From assembly GCA_963733035.1 (NCBI GenBank), contig CAVTBU010000007.1, forward strand, positions 448,001-512,000: a DNA stretch of 64,000 bases. Reading direction: 5' to 3'. Origin of the DNA: Pirellulales bacterium (GTDB taxonomy: Bacteria; Planctomycetota; Planctomycetia; Pirellulales; PALSA-1355). The position numbers and the translations under genes are program-made. A model generated the notes under the pieces. The model was not told the origin of the DNA and did not search any database. It saw only the letters and a list, made by a program, of their open reading frames with translations. Shown here piece after piece: positions 43,195-54,376 of the stretch (positions are counted from its first letter, which is position 1; each line of letters begins with the position of its first letter).

Positions 43195-44574
43195 CTACGC
43201 AACCCACTGGTTGGTGAAGTACCGCCACAGCAGCGCGATCTGCAAACATGCCAGCAGCGCGAAGCCGATCGCCAGTCGGCTGATGCGCGGCCGTGCAAGC
43301 CATGCGGGAACTGGCCCCTGCCGGCAGGCATGCAACAGCGCCAGCAGCAACAGCGAGTGCACCACGAGGCAGTAGCGGAACATGCTTTGCATCATGATCG
43401 GAGAGACCCCCGCCGCATGCAGGAAAAACAACCCGGCCGCCGAAAGGTAGAACGGCAGCCGCTGAGGCAGCGTCTTATCGCCCTCCTTGGCACGCCGCAG
43501 TTCCCACCGCGTCATGACCAGCAAAAACACGACGGTCAACAGCACGCAAAAGCGGCTGAGGTCGTCCGGCCATTCCCAGTGCTCGTAAAACGGCGAGCCG
43601 AAGAACGAGTAGCTACTCGGCTTGAGCCACCAGATCCAATCGGCCGAAACGGCCGCCCCTTCCTGCTGCGTCCAAAAGTACATATCCCAGTAGCCGAACC
43701 GCCATTGGCAGTACGCGAAGAACGCCAGTCCGCCCAGGCTGGCAACCAGGCCTACCAGCGCAAGCCGTGCGAAGGTGCGGCGGTCGTCCCAGGCCCGCGT
43801 TCGGCAAGCGGCCAGCGAGCGACGTGTCAGTTGCCAGCCGTCCGCGGCGCGGCGGTGCACCATTGCCATCTGCGCCGCCGGTGAGAACTCGACCATGAGT
43901 TGCGCAATGAGCGGCACGAATGAAACCGGCAAACCCCCTAGCCGTGTCGCACTCATCATCGCTCCGTGCGGCAAGGCCCATCGCCAGCGTCCTTGCTTGT
44001 CGCCCAGCCAATAGAAGAAGCCCACCATTCCAAACAGGAACAATGATTCGGAGTACGCGACGACCAAATAATATCCGCCCGGGTGCAAGGCAACGGCCAG
44101 CGTGGCAAGGAGCGCCAGTTGTCTCGGAGTACGAAAACGGCGTAAGAAAAGGAGCCAATAAGTCCAAAAGCCCCAGGCCGCCAATTGCGCGGCCAGCACC
44201 AGGCTCCCTTTAATGGAGAGCCAATCGCCCGACAACCGCCTGAGCGTGTGCGCCAACAGCGGATAACCGGGAAAAAACGCCACGTTCGATTGTTCGAAGT
44301 CGATTGAAGCCGTGGGTGGGATCGTCGTTTGATAGCCGTCGCGCACGACCCTGGCATACAGATGTCCGTCCCACTGGCACAACGTCTGATATGCGTTTTC
44401 ACCCGGCACGCCTTGCCCGGCGGTGATCGTCACCAGGAGGACCACCGCTGTTTGCGCGAGCGTGATGGCGAGGCCTAAGGCCAGGGTTACTCCGATGGCC
44501 GACGACGTCACCGCCTCGCGACGTGTGTTGGGGATTCGCCAGCTCGATAGTTTGGCACCAGTCGAGGAGTTCAT
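43195..44574 (-). CDS. GT-C mannosyltransferase-like (PIG-V type) membrane protein
   Basis: QWDGHLY...AFFPGYP...YSESLFL...TRLGG; multiple TMs. Confidence 0.8.
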   Translation of the reverse strand: MNSSTGAKLSSWRIPNTRREAVTSSAIGVTLALGLAITLAQTAVVLLVTITAGQGVPGENAYQTLCQWDGHLYARVVRDGYQTTIPPTASIDFEQSNVAFFPGYPLLAHTLRRLSGDWLSIKGSLVLAAQLAAWGFWTYWLLFLRRFRTPRQLALLATLAVALHPGGYYLVVAYSESLFLFGMVGFFYWLGDKQGRWRWALPHGAMMSATRLGGLPVSFVPLIAQLMVEFSPAAQMAMVHRRAADGWQLTRRSLAACRTRAWDDRRTFARLALVGLVASLGGLAFFAYCQWRFGYWDMYFWTQQEGAAVSADWIWWLKPSSYSFFGSPFYEHWEWPDDLSRFCVLLTVVFLLVMTRWELRRAKEGDKTLPQRLPFYLSAAGLFFLHAAGVSPIMMQSMFRYCLVVHSLLLLALLHACRQGPVPAWLARPRISRLAIGFALLACLQIALLWRYFTNQWVA

Positions 44575-44594
44575 CGGGGCTCCTTGTTGTTCGA

Positions 44595-46040
44595 TCAGGC
44601 GTTCGTCGTGACCAGGCCCGCGTCAGTAATGACGCCTGACTCCTGGTACGACTCGTAATCGGTGTTGACGCCCCACAGGTTGTGTTCTCGGTGCTCGAGC
44701 AGATTTTCGGCTGCAAGCAAGCCCATCAGGATGCTGTGATCCTGGTTGTTGTATTTGAAGGCCCCGTATCGTCCGATTGCCGTGAGCCCCCGCACGGTGT
44801 CAAGATATTGGGTGATTCGCCGCACGTGCCGCTTATAACCGCGGGCATAAACGGGGTAGCAGCGACGAAGTCGCACGACGTGGCCGGCGGTCACCGGCGC
44901 GCCGGCGAGCAACCCGGTGGTCGTCATTTCAGTCGCACCGCGGCGGATCAATTCGTCGTCGGATTGCCGCCAAAGTTCCTCGCCGTCATTGCACCAGTAC
45001 TCGAGCGAGAGAATCGTGTCGGGCGACGAACCGTACAGCTCCGGCACCCAATTGCGGAAGTTCGTCACTCGGCCGGTCAGCAGTTCGGGGGAATGCACGT
45101 ATAGCCATTGATCGGGAAACAAGTCACGACCGTCGACGCGGAGATACACGAGGATCGTATTGCGAAACGTGAGTGAGTCCGCCGCACGCACGACTTCGTA
45201 CGGTACGTCGTCAAGACTCTTGACCATCAGGGTCAGTGGCATCGTTGAAACGACTTGGTCGAAGCGCAGGACATCGCCCAATCGCGTGACCAGGCCGCGA
45301 ACACGACCTCCTTCCTGGATGACACGCCGAATTGGGCGGTTGAGGTGCACGTTGCCCCCCAGTCCGCGCACGTAGTCGGCCATGCGGTCGTAGACCATGC
45401 CGGTGCCGGCATTGGGAAAGGCAAAGCGATCGACGAGCGTGCGATGTTTCGCCCATCCCAGACCAAGTGCGTTCTTCACTGCTTCGCCGAGCGAAAGCTT
45501 CTTGATTCGCTGGGCCGCAAAGTCGGCGTCGAGATCTTGGCAGCCAATCCCCCAGAGCTTTTCGCTGTAAGTCTTGAAGAAGACCTCGAACAGCCGTCGG
45601 CCGAACCGGCTCACGACCCAGTCTTCGAAGCTGGCGTCCTCGTTTTCATTGCCTTCGCCCTGCTGTTTAGCTCGGCACTGCTGCTTGACATAGCTGGCCA
45701 GGCATCCGGCGGCTTCGACGAGCCCCAGGTTTCGCAGGGCATTGCCGGCTGCCAATGGATAGTTGAAGAATCGCCCGCGGTAGTAGATCCGCGTCATGCG
45801 GTCGACCATCTGGTAGTCGCGGCCGACGATTTCGAGCCACAAACGGTTAACGCGAGCATCGCTCGAAAAGAAACGATGCGGGCCGAGATCGACTGTCTGA
45901 TCCCACAGCGTGAAACTGCGGGCCAGTCCGCCCACCGAGCCCGAAGCTTCGAACACCTCGACTTCGACGCCGGCCTTCGCCAGTTGGTAGGCGGCCGTCA
46001 GCCCCGCCGGCCCGGCCCCAATCACCGCCACACGCATCAT
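44595..46040 (-). CDS. FAD-dependent oxidoreductase (UDP-galactopyranose mutase/amine oxidase-like)
   Basis: GAGPAGL, DLGPHRFFS, GRYGAFKYNNQDHS. Confidence 0.85.
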   Translation of the reverse strand: MMRVAVIGAGPAGLTAAYQLAKAGVEVEVFEASGSVGGLARSFTLWDQTVDLGPHRFFSSDARVNRLWLEIVGRDYQMVDRMTRIYYRGRFFNYPLAAGNALRNLGLVEAAGCLASYVKQQCRAKQQGEGNENEDASFEDWVVSRFGRRLFEVFFKTYSEKLWGIGCQDLDADFAAQRIKKLSLGEAVKNALGLGWAKHRTLVDRFAFPNAGTGMVYDRMADYVRGLGGNVHLNRPIRRVIQEGGRVRGLVTRLGDVLRFDQVVSTMPLTLMVKSLDDVPYEVVRAADSLTFRNTILVYLRVDGRDLFPDQWLYVHSPELLTGRVTNFRNWVPELYGSSPDTILSLEYWCNDGEELWRQSDDELIRRGATEMTTTGLLAGAPVTAGHVVRLRRCYPVYARGYKRHVRRITQYLDTVRGLTAIGRYGAFKYNNQDHSILMGLLAAENLLEHREHNLWGVNTDYESYQESGVITDAGLVTTNA

Positions 46041-46185
46041 GCCTGGATCCTTCGCGAACGACCGCAAGACCTGCTCGCGGATTGTGCCAGTCGTATCGAA
46101 TGCGCGCACCGGGTGCGGGCGCAACGCTATAGATACTTAGGTCGCGAACCGAGATTTGGCAAAGCGTTCCAGCGCTAGGAATTGC

Positions 46186-46971
46186 TTATGCGCGCCGGCC
46201 GCCGGCAGTTCGACGCACTCTGAGCGCGCCCATCGCCAGGCCGGCCCCCACAGCTGCCATCCACATGGTTGTCTGGGGTTCCGGCACAATTGCCGTGGCT
46301 ACGATCAGGCCGGTCAAGCGGTAGTTGACTTCGATGCCGCCAAGCGCTGCGGGAGCGTCGGGCAAGTCAATCGAATAGGGCAGCGTCAGCATGAGCAGAT
46401 CGCCGACGAGGCTGAGGTGCCCGGTCGACGACTCCGTGATGTAGTCATCAAGATAGCCATTGTAACTACCTGAAGTAATTCCCGGAGCGTCCCAATTCAT
46501 CGTCGCGGTGGTGCGGAGAAACAAGCCGGCAACTTCGAACTCGCCTACTCCATCGACCGCCTGCGGACCGCCGGAAATATCCGTGACAAAGTCGTGTATT
46601 GAAGACGTGCCAACGACACCGGGAAAGATGGCGCCCAAATCGTAGATGCCGGCGAAGTCCGCCGGGCCACCGTCCGGTTGAAAGTCACCGGGGTGTTCCA
46701 TCGCATAAACGCTGCTCGTCGACGTGATCGCTAGTGTCGTTGGAACACTCCCTGCGAGTTCGATTTGAACGGCTAGCGTGCCGTCCAGGTGCGACGTCAA
46801 GGATCCGGGAGCTTGTTCGACGACCGGTACTACGCCACCAATAACTGCGTTCAGCGTGACTTGGCTTTGGCTCGCGTCGAGCGTAAAAACGGTGTTCACA
46901 GAACTGGCGTGGGCGGTGCTTACAAAACTGAGCGCCGCGGCAAAAATGACAACTCGCTTGGAGCCGTGCAT
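46186..46971 (-). CDS. PEP-CTERM surface protein
   Basis: Signal peptide ending AHA; IVPEPQ-TM-RVRR tail. Confidence 0.85.
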   Translation of the reverse strand: MHGSKRVVIFAAALSFVSTAHASSVNTVFTLDASQSQVTLNAVIGGVVPVVEQAPGSLTSHLDGTLAVQIELAGSVPTTLAITSTSSVYAMEHPGDFQPDGGPADFAGIYDLGAIFPGVVGTSSIHDFVTDISGGPQAVDGVGEFEVAGLFLRTTATMNWDAPGITSGSYNGYLDDYITESSTGHLSLVGDLLMLTLPYSIDLPDAPAALGGIEVNYRLTGLIVATAIVPEPQTTMWMAAVGAGLAMGALRVRRTAGGRRA

Positions 46972-47201
46972 CGATGAGGACCTCTTCACAGGTGGAGCAA
47001 TTAGGTAGAGCTACTGAACGGGCGTCATGCATACTGACGGTCGATTTTCAATCGCACCGCTGCCACGCCTACGCAAGGCGTGTGACAAACTTCCAGTAGC
47101 GCCGCTCCGAATTGCATTGGATTGAAATGAAGAGGTAATCCTCAGGAATCAATAGAATAATCGCCCCTCAAGTGGGTAGTCAAGACGCCGGCAAGATACT
47201 A

Positions 47202-48618
47202 TCACGCCAGCAATTTCCGCACCACGTTGCCGTGGACGTCGGTGAGACGGAAGTCGCGGCCTTGAAAGCGATAGGTGAGCTTCGTGTGGTCGAAGCCCAA
47301 CAAATGCAGGAGCGTGGCATGCAGATCGTGAACGTGCACGCGATCGACCGTGGTGTTGAAGCCGTAGGGATCGGTTTCGCCCAGCGTGATGCCCGGCTTG
47401 ATGCCGCCACCCGCCATCCACATGGTGAAGGCGTTCGGGTGATGGTCGCGACCGTCGTTGCCCCCCTGCACCATCGGCGTGCGTCCAAACTCGCCTCCCC
47501 AGATCACGAGCGTTTCGTTCAGCAATCCCCGTTGCTTGAGATCTTTGATCAGAGCGGCCGAAGGCCTGTCGGTAAGTCCGGTCTGATCCTTGAGTCCCTT
47601 GGTCAAGCCGCCGTGATGGTCCCAGGCCTCGTGGAAAAGTTGCACGAACCGCACGCCCCGTTCGACGAGACGGCGGGCGAGCAAACAATTGGTGGCATAC
47701 GACGGTTTGCCAGGTTCGGCGCCGTACATCGCCAGCGTCTCTTGGGATTCCTGCGAGATGTCCATCAGGTCGGGCGCGCTGGTCTGCATCTTATAGGCCA
47801 GTTCGAAGGAGTTAATCCGGGTGGCGATTTCTGGATCGCCCACCACATCGAGCCGATCGGCGTTCAACTTCGCCAGGGCATCAAGCGAGTCTCGCTGCGC
47901 CTGTTGGTCGAAGCCGGGCGGGTTTGACAGAAACAGTACCGGATCTCCCTGACTGCGAAAGGGCACGCCCTGATAGACCGTCGGCAAAAATCCACAGCCC
48001 CAATTGCTCGCGCCGCCGCTCGTTCCCTTTTTCGCCGAGTTCAACACGACGAACCCCGGCAGGTCGCGCGATTCGCTCCCCAAACCATACGTCGTCCAGG
48101 CGCCAAAGCTTGGACGGCCGAACTGCTGCGAGCCGGTATTCATCATGATTTGGCCCGGCGCGTGGTTGAACGCATCGGTCACCAGCGACCGGACAATCGC
48201 CACATCATCCACCACTTCGGCCAGATGGGGCAACAATTCGGAAAGTTCCGCACCCGACTGGCCGTGCTTGGCAAATTTGAACTTGGGAGCGAGAAATGTC
48301 GACTGCGGATTGATGAAAGCCGCGCGATAGCCTTCGAGCAGCTCCGCCGGAGGCAACTTTCCGTCGAGCTTGACCAGCTCTGGTTTATAGTCAAACAGGT
48401 CGAGGTGGCTGGGCGCCGGCCTGAAACAAGAAAATGACGTGCTTCGCTTTGGGCGTGTGGTGTGGCTGTCTGGGAGCGAGCGGGTCGATCGGCGCCGGCG
48501 ATGCCGTGGAACTGCCGCCTAGCAAGGAACTCAAGGCGATCGATCCCAGTCCGACACCGCACTGCTCAAGGAACCAGCGGCGGGAAATCTGTCGCTGCAT
48601 GGATTCGCGTAGGTTCAT
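47202..48618 (-). CDS. DUF1501 family Tat-exported protein (frameshift near 48414)
   Basis: SRRWFL Tat motif, [38 protein letters not shown]. Confidence 0.92.
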
Positions 48619-48650
48619 GCTTGCACCGGCCTTTCCCGGAAATCGGAAAG

Positions 48651-51600
48651 TCATGGCTTCGTGATCGTTTCGTCCAGGTTCAACAGCACGCGTGCAACCA
48701 CGGTATACGCCGCCAGTTCCGTCGGTGTTGCTCCCGGCGGCAATTCGCCCGGCAATTCGTTTTTTCCAGTGGCAATCTCGCGTGGATTGAGCCACCCTTC
48801 GGCAATCCGCTGCCGCTGCTTGTTGAGCAGGTCGACCAGCGTCTGCAGTTCGGCGTTGCTGGGCGAACGGCTGACACACAAGCGGAACGCATGCTCGATT
48901 CGCTCCTCGTCGCCGGGTCCGGCTTCTGCCAGTGCGCGGCGGGCTAGCGTCCGGGCGCACTCGGTGAAGATCACCTCGTTGAGTGTCGTGAGCGCTTGCA
49001 GCGGCGTGTCCGATCGTTGTCGGCGAACACAAGAAAAGTCGGCGTTCGGCGTGTCGAAGTTCTGCAACATCGGATACGGCAAGGATCGTCGGCGGAACGT
49101 GTACAGTGCGCGGCGATAACGATCGGGTCCCGTCTCCTCGTTCCAGGTCAGCGGCGCGTAACTTAGCGCCAATAGGCTCTGCGGGATGGGTGCGAAAATG
49201 CTTTCGCCGCCGAGCTTCGGATTGAGCAGGCCGCTGGCGGCCAGCGCGACGTTGCGCACGATTTCACCTTCGACTCGAAACCGCGCCCGCGCCAGCAGCC
49301 GATTGTATGGATCGCGTTCGAAGAGATCGGGAGAAATGTTCGACGACTGCTGATACGCGGCTGAGTGGACGATCAGCCGGTGCATGGCTTTGATGCTCCA
49401 ACCACGGTCGACGAACTCGCAGGCCAGCCAATCAAGCAGCTGCGGATGGCTGGGCGGCTCGCTCTGCACGCCGAAGTCCTCGCTCGTGCTGACGATGCCC
49501 GTGCCAAAATAGGCTTGCCACATGCGATTGACGAACACACGGGCCGTGGTTGGACTTTTGGGATCGACCAGCCAGCGGGCCAGCGACAAACGCGTCGGCG
49601 GAGCATCCGCGGGCATGTCGTGCAAAACCTCAGGTACGCCCGCCGAAACAGCATCTCCTGGCTTCAGGAAATCACCCCGCTTGAGCATCCGCGTTTCGCG
49701 AAATTCGCCACGGCTGGCCAGCACCAGGCTTGTCGTTCCCTCGGGCCATTTCTGCCAAAGCCGATCAATTTGCTCGTTGGCTTCGTTCCACTCCGGCACG
49801 GTGGTGCGCCAGTAGCTGAAAACTTCGGCGATTTGAGCCGGCGTTCGCTCGGCGGCAGGTGTCGCTAGGATCTTGCGAACCTTCACCGGCACCGGATCGG
49901 CCTGGGCGTTTTCGGCGGAAGTGACCGACACGCGAATGCGTCCCACCAGGTTGTTCTGATGATCGTCGCTATTCCAGCCGCCATGATTTTGCACGAGGGA
50001 GATTGCCAAGGCCGCGCCCGAGTCAAACGCAATTGGTTTTTCGAAACGGAACACTGCCTTGCGCGGCTGATTGCGGCGACCGGGCCCCGCATCGATTCCC
50101 CAGGCGGTTTCGTCCTTGTTATCGATCGCATACGATACCGGACCGACCACGCGATTCTTGCCGGAGCGATCGTCAAACACAGGCTCGAGCGGTGATTCGC
50201 ATTGTCCGAAGTCGGCGGTCGCTTCGGCAATTTTGACTTCCGCCAGATCGCCGCCTGACGCCGGTCGGGCTTCGACCTTGATCTGCGTCAGCGCGGACGT
50301 GCCTTTGTACGACCGGCCGGGGCCGCCGCGTGGCAAGTTTGGGTCGGTGAGCAATTCCAATTGAATCGCGGTCACTTTTGTTAGCTCGGTTTTTCCATCC
50401 ACGCGGAAGGTGCAGTGCGTGGGAGCATACCCGCCGCACAGCATCGAACCATCGGACAACAATCGCAGCTTTGCGCCGCCGCCCACGTCGACATAGTTCT
50501 CAGGCGTCAGCACTTTCCACTCGGGCAGGCTGCTCGATACCTCCGCCTCCCATGACGCCATCCGCTCGCGCCAATCGGGCGTCGCTTCCTGTAGGCCGGT
50601 TTCGATTCGTCGCATCTCGGCCAACAGTTGCTGGCAGGTTGCGAGTTCTTCCGGTCGATAGACCGTGGGCTGCGCTTCGTGGTCGTTATTCAGATAGGCG
50701 AACAGCCGGTAATAATCTCGTTGCGTCAGCGGATCGAATTTATGGTCGTGGCACTGTGTGCACTGGATCGTGAGCCCCAACACGCACTTGCCCAAAGCGT
50801 CCATCCGATCGAACATCGCTTCCATGCGGAATTGTTCGGGATCGATGCCTCCTTCTTCGTTGAGCATTGAGTTACGCAGGAACCCGGTAGCCACGATCTG
50901 GTCCTGCGTGGCACCAGGAAGCTGGTCACCCGCAAGCTGTTCGACAAGGAAGCGGTCGTACGGTAAGTCGCGATTGAAAGCGGAGACGACCCAGTCGCGA
51001 TACATCCAGACGCTTCGTGACTTGTCTTTTTCAAAACCGTCGGAGTCGGCATACCTGGCCGCGTCGAGCCAATGCCGTCCCCATCGCTCGCCGTAGTGTG
51101 GCGAGGCGAGCAATCGCTCGACTTGATTTTCGTACGCGATTGGACTGCTGTCCGCCAAAAAAGCATCGACCTCGGAAATCGACGGCGGCAGCCCGACGAG
51201 ATCGAGACTCAGCCGGCGCAACAGCGTTACGCGGTCGGCCGGTGGCGACGGGCCGAGTCCCTCGGCTTCGAGCTTGGCCAGAATAAAACGGTCGATATCG
51301 TTCTGCGGCCAGGCGGTGTTCTTGACCGTCGGCGCGAGTGGTCGCATTGCGCGCGGAAAGCCCAGTGATCGCGGCGGCTGTCGACTTCCGCCGCTTTGCT
51401 TTCAGGCCACGCGGCCCCCTCGTCGATCCACCGCTTGATCAGTTCAATCTGTTCGACCGGCAGTGGATCGCGGTCGGCCGGCATGCGCGAAACCTGTTCG
51501 CTCGCGCCGGTGAGCACGTGGACAAGTAGACTCTCGGCACTCTTGCCCGGCACGATGGCATTGCCCAAATCGCCCCCTCTCAACGCTCCTTCGCGACGAT

Positions 51601-51751
51601 CGAGCCGCAGTCCGGCCTCCTGCTTCACGGGCCCGTGACACTCGTGGCAGTGTTTGAGCAGGAGTGGCTGGATTTCGCGTTCAAAATCGACCGGCGCGGC
51701 CGCCGCCGGGACTGCCACAGCCAACAGCAGTAATCCTAGGACAAGTCGCAT
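48651..51751 (-). CDS. planctomycete cytochrome c / DUF1549 / DUF1553 (PSD1) protein (frameshift near 51348)
   Basis: [46 protein letters not shown]. Confidence 0.93.
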
Positions 51752-52074
51752 GTCGAAAACTCGAGCGGTGGGCACAGAGGGAGGGAACCGCCAGGGTATG
51801 GATTCCATTGTAGTGTGAAAAGTGCGCTCTGAGTAGCAGGCGCTACCGGGCCAAGCCAGGCGCTCGGCGAGATCTAGAAAGTGAACCGGAAATCGGCCGA
51901 GCGTTGAGCTTTGCACACGAGCCGAGTCGATGTCGCGAGCGCGTCCCATCGATTTCCTTCCAATATCGCACATGAGCGTGCCTGTCGCGCGAATCTTGGA
52001 TGCACTCGGCCACGCATGCTAAAATTGTTGCACCTGCCTGGCTTCCACACCGCACACCCAAACGAAAGCTTGAC

Positions 52075-53244
52075 ATGATTTCTCGCGCATGCATCACCGC
52101 GGTTCTGTTTGTCTTTGCGGCTCATGCCTTCGCCGAACAGGCGCCCAATACGCTCACCGAGCAGGAACTCAACGACGGCTGGATCCTGCTGTTCGACGGC
52201 GAAACAACCTTCGGCTGGAAGGCCAACAGCGACGCCAATTGGAAAGTGGCGGATGGCGTGATCTCGGTCGATTCGGGCGACAAGGGATTATTGAACACCA
52301 CGTCGCTGTTTGGAGACTTTGTCTTGAAAGTCGATTTTCGCGCACCGCAGGGGACCAACAGTGGTGTCTTTCTGCGCACGCCCGTCCAACCGAAAAACCC
52401 GGCCACGGACTGCTACGAACTGAACATCGCTGATGACAACGTCAGCCCTTTCCCCACCGGAAGTTTCGTAAATCGCGAGAAAGCGACCGGCACGCATGAT
52501 ACGACGACGTGGCGAACCTTCACGGTGAAGGCCGAGGCGGGACACTTCACCGTGGACGTCGACAATGAGCAAGTGCTCGACTACATCGACCCCGCTCCCC
52601 TGGGCCGCGGCTACATCGGCCTGCAGTTCAACCAGGGACGCGTCGAGTTTCGCAACGTCAAGCTCAAGCCACTTGGCCTGGTGCCGATTTTCAATGGTAA
52701 GGACTTGGCCGGCTGGAAGGTGTTTCCGGACAAGAAAAGCGTCTTCTCGGTCACGCCCGAGGGCTGGCTGAATGTGAAGAACGGCAATGGCCAGATTGAA
52801 TACCAACAGCCGGTAGCTGACTTCGTGCTCCAGACCGACGTGTTTTCCAACGGCGTGTTTCTTAACTCGGGAATCTTCTTCCGCAACATCCCCGGCCAGT
52901 TCTGGCAGGGCTACGAGAGCCAAATCCAAAACGGCTACTTCGGCGACCGCACGAAACCCATCGACTACGGTACTGGGGCGTTCTACCGGCGACAAAAGGC
53001 GCGTAAGGTCGTGAGCGACGATTTCAAATGGTTTCACAAGACGCTCGTTGTCGCAGGCGACCATATGGCTACCTGGGTCAACGGCTACCAGGTGAGCGAC
53101 TGGACCGATACCCGCGATCCGAACGAAAACGCCCGCAACGGCCTGCGTCTGGAAGCCGGCACGATCGCCATCCAAGGCCACGACCCAAAGACGGACCTGT
53201 CGTTTCGGAACATCCAACTCGGTGAATTGCCGCCGCGGGAGTGA
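52075..53244 (+). CDS. secreted tandem DUF1080 protein
   Basis: Two copies of the LF(D/N)G...NSG(V/I)F...IxLQ pattern. Confidence 0.9.
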   Translation: MISRACITAVLFVFAAHAFAEQAPNTLTEQELNDGWILLFDGETTFGWKANSDANWKVADGVISVDSGDKGLLNTTSLFGDFVLKVDFRAPQGTNSGVFLRTPVQPKNPATDCYELNIADDNVSPFPTGSFVNREKATGTHDTTTWRTFTVKAEAGHFTVDVDNEQVLDYIDPAPLGRGYIGLQFNQGRVEFRNVKLKPLGLVPIFNGKDLAGWKVFPDKKSVFSVTPEGWLNVKNGNGQIEYQQPVADFVLQTDVFSNGVFLNSGIFFRNIPGQFWQGYESQIQNGYFGDRTKPIDYGTGAFYRRQKARKVVSDDFKWFHKTLVVAGDHMATWVNGYQVSDWTDTRDPNENARNGLRLEAGTIAIQGHDPKTDLSFRNIQLGELPPRE

Positions 53245-53250
53245 GGGCGA

Positions 53251-54090
53251 TTAGCGCTTTCGCTGGCGACGCGTCGTGACAAGTACAATTGTTGCCATGG
53301 CCAGCGCCGCCAAGCTGATGCTTGCCGGTTCCGGCACGGTGGCGAACGTGAGCGTGACGTCGTAGAAGTCGTCGCCCACGGGACTATCCGCGAAAATCAG
53401 TTCGACGCGATTGTCGAAGACTTCGTACGAGGCCAGGTCACGGCCGGCATTCTTCGCGAACTCGGCGGAGGAAAACAGCACCGGCGCCGACAGGAACTCC
53501 GTGGCACCGCTATTGGGAAGCGTCGGGTCCGAGGTCGCGTCCCACGCCACTCCGTTGAGAGTCAGGTCGGTTGGGTTGGCCCATTGCAGATGATCGAGCG
53601 TCGCGCCGGATTGATCAATGACGATCCGATCGCTGCCGTCGAACCGTCCTTGCAGGTGCAACTGGACGGTCGGTGTGGCGGGTGGCGGTGGCTGTGGTGT
53701 GAGTGTGACCGCGAACTGGTACAAGTCGTCGCCGTTCGGCGTGTCGTCGACATAAACCAGCAGCTGGTTTCCTATGATCTCCGCGGCCACACTATCGCGA
53801 CCGGACGACTTCGTGACATTGGCCCGATAGCCCGACAGATCCGTCGGCAAAAGCGGCGAACCAGATGCGTCAAGTGTCGGATTCGTTTGCGGGTCCCAAG
53901 CCAAGCCGTTGAGCGTGAGTGCATCGGGGGTGCCGTAGTAGTAGTTGGTCCAAGTGGCCGAGGTCGCATCGACCGCGGCCACTCCGCTACCATCCACGCG
54001 GCCGGAAAATTGCAGTACCACCGGATCGGCCGCAACCGAAAAGCACGACAACACCAGTACGAACACCGCGTAAACAAGTCGCCGAAACAT
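53251..54090 (-). CDS. PEP-CTERM protein with two tandem domains of about 110 aa
   Basis: GR(V/F)DGS...LTLNG(L/V)AWD...GRD...D(T/S)PxGDDxY occurs twice; VPEPA-TM-RRQRKR tail. Confidence 0.88.
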   Translation of the reverse strand: MFRRLVYAVFVLVLSCFSVAADPVVLQFSGRVDGSGVAAVDATSATWTNYYYGTPDALTLNGLAWDPQTNPTLDASGSPLLPTDLSGYRANVTKSSGRDSVAAEIIGNQLLVYVDDTPNGDDLYQFAVTLTPQPPPPATPTVQLHLQGRFDGSDRIVIDQSGATLDHLQWANPTDLTLNGVAWDATSDPTLPNSGATEFLSAPVLFSSAEFAKNAGRDLASYEVFDNRVELIFADSPVGDDFYDVTLTFATVPEPASISLAALAMATIVLVTTRRQRKR

Positions 54091-54376
54091 GCGAACTCCT
54101 GAACGTGAAAGGCAGAACAATAGGCTGGGCGAAACTCGCCGTGCGTCGCAAACGCGGGCAACGCGAGCGAACCAGCAAAGAAACCCGACGCGAAAGCGAG
54201 CGACGTCGAGTTGTGCGAGAGCGTCAGATTAGCGGTACCAGAAATCCCCAGAAGCAGTAGACCTTCCTATTAAAACCGAGCGCCGAAGGAAGTCAATCAA
54301 AAACAGTCGAACAAACTGCGTTCGAAAAAGGCAAGTTGACTTTTCCATTCCCCATGCATCCGGCTTCCGACGATCC

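Noticed and set aside
40960..43884. 974-aa plus-strand ORF
   Set aside because: Antisense shadow of the DUF2585, PQQ-repeat and GT-C genes; no motifs, and expected from high-GC codon bias.
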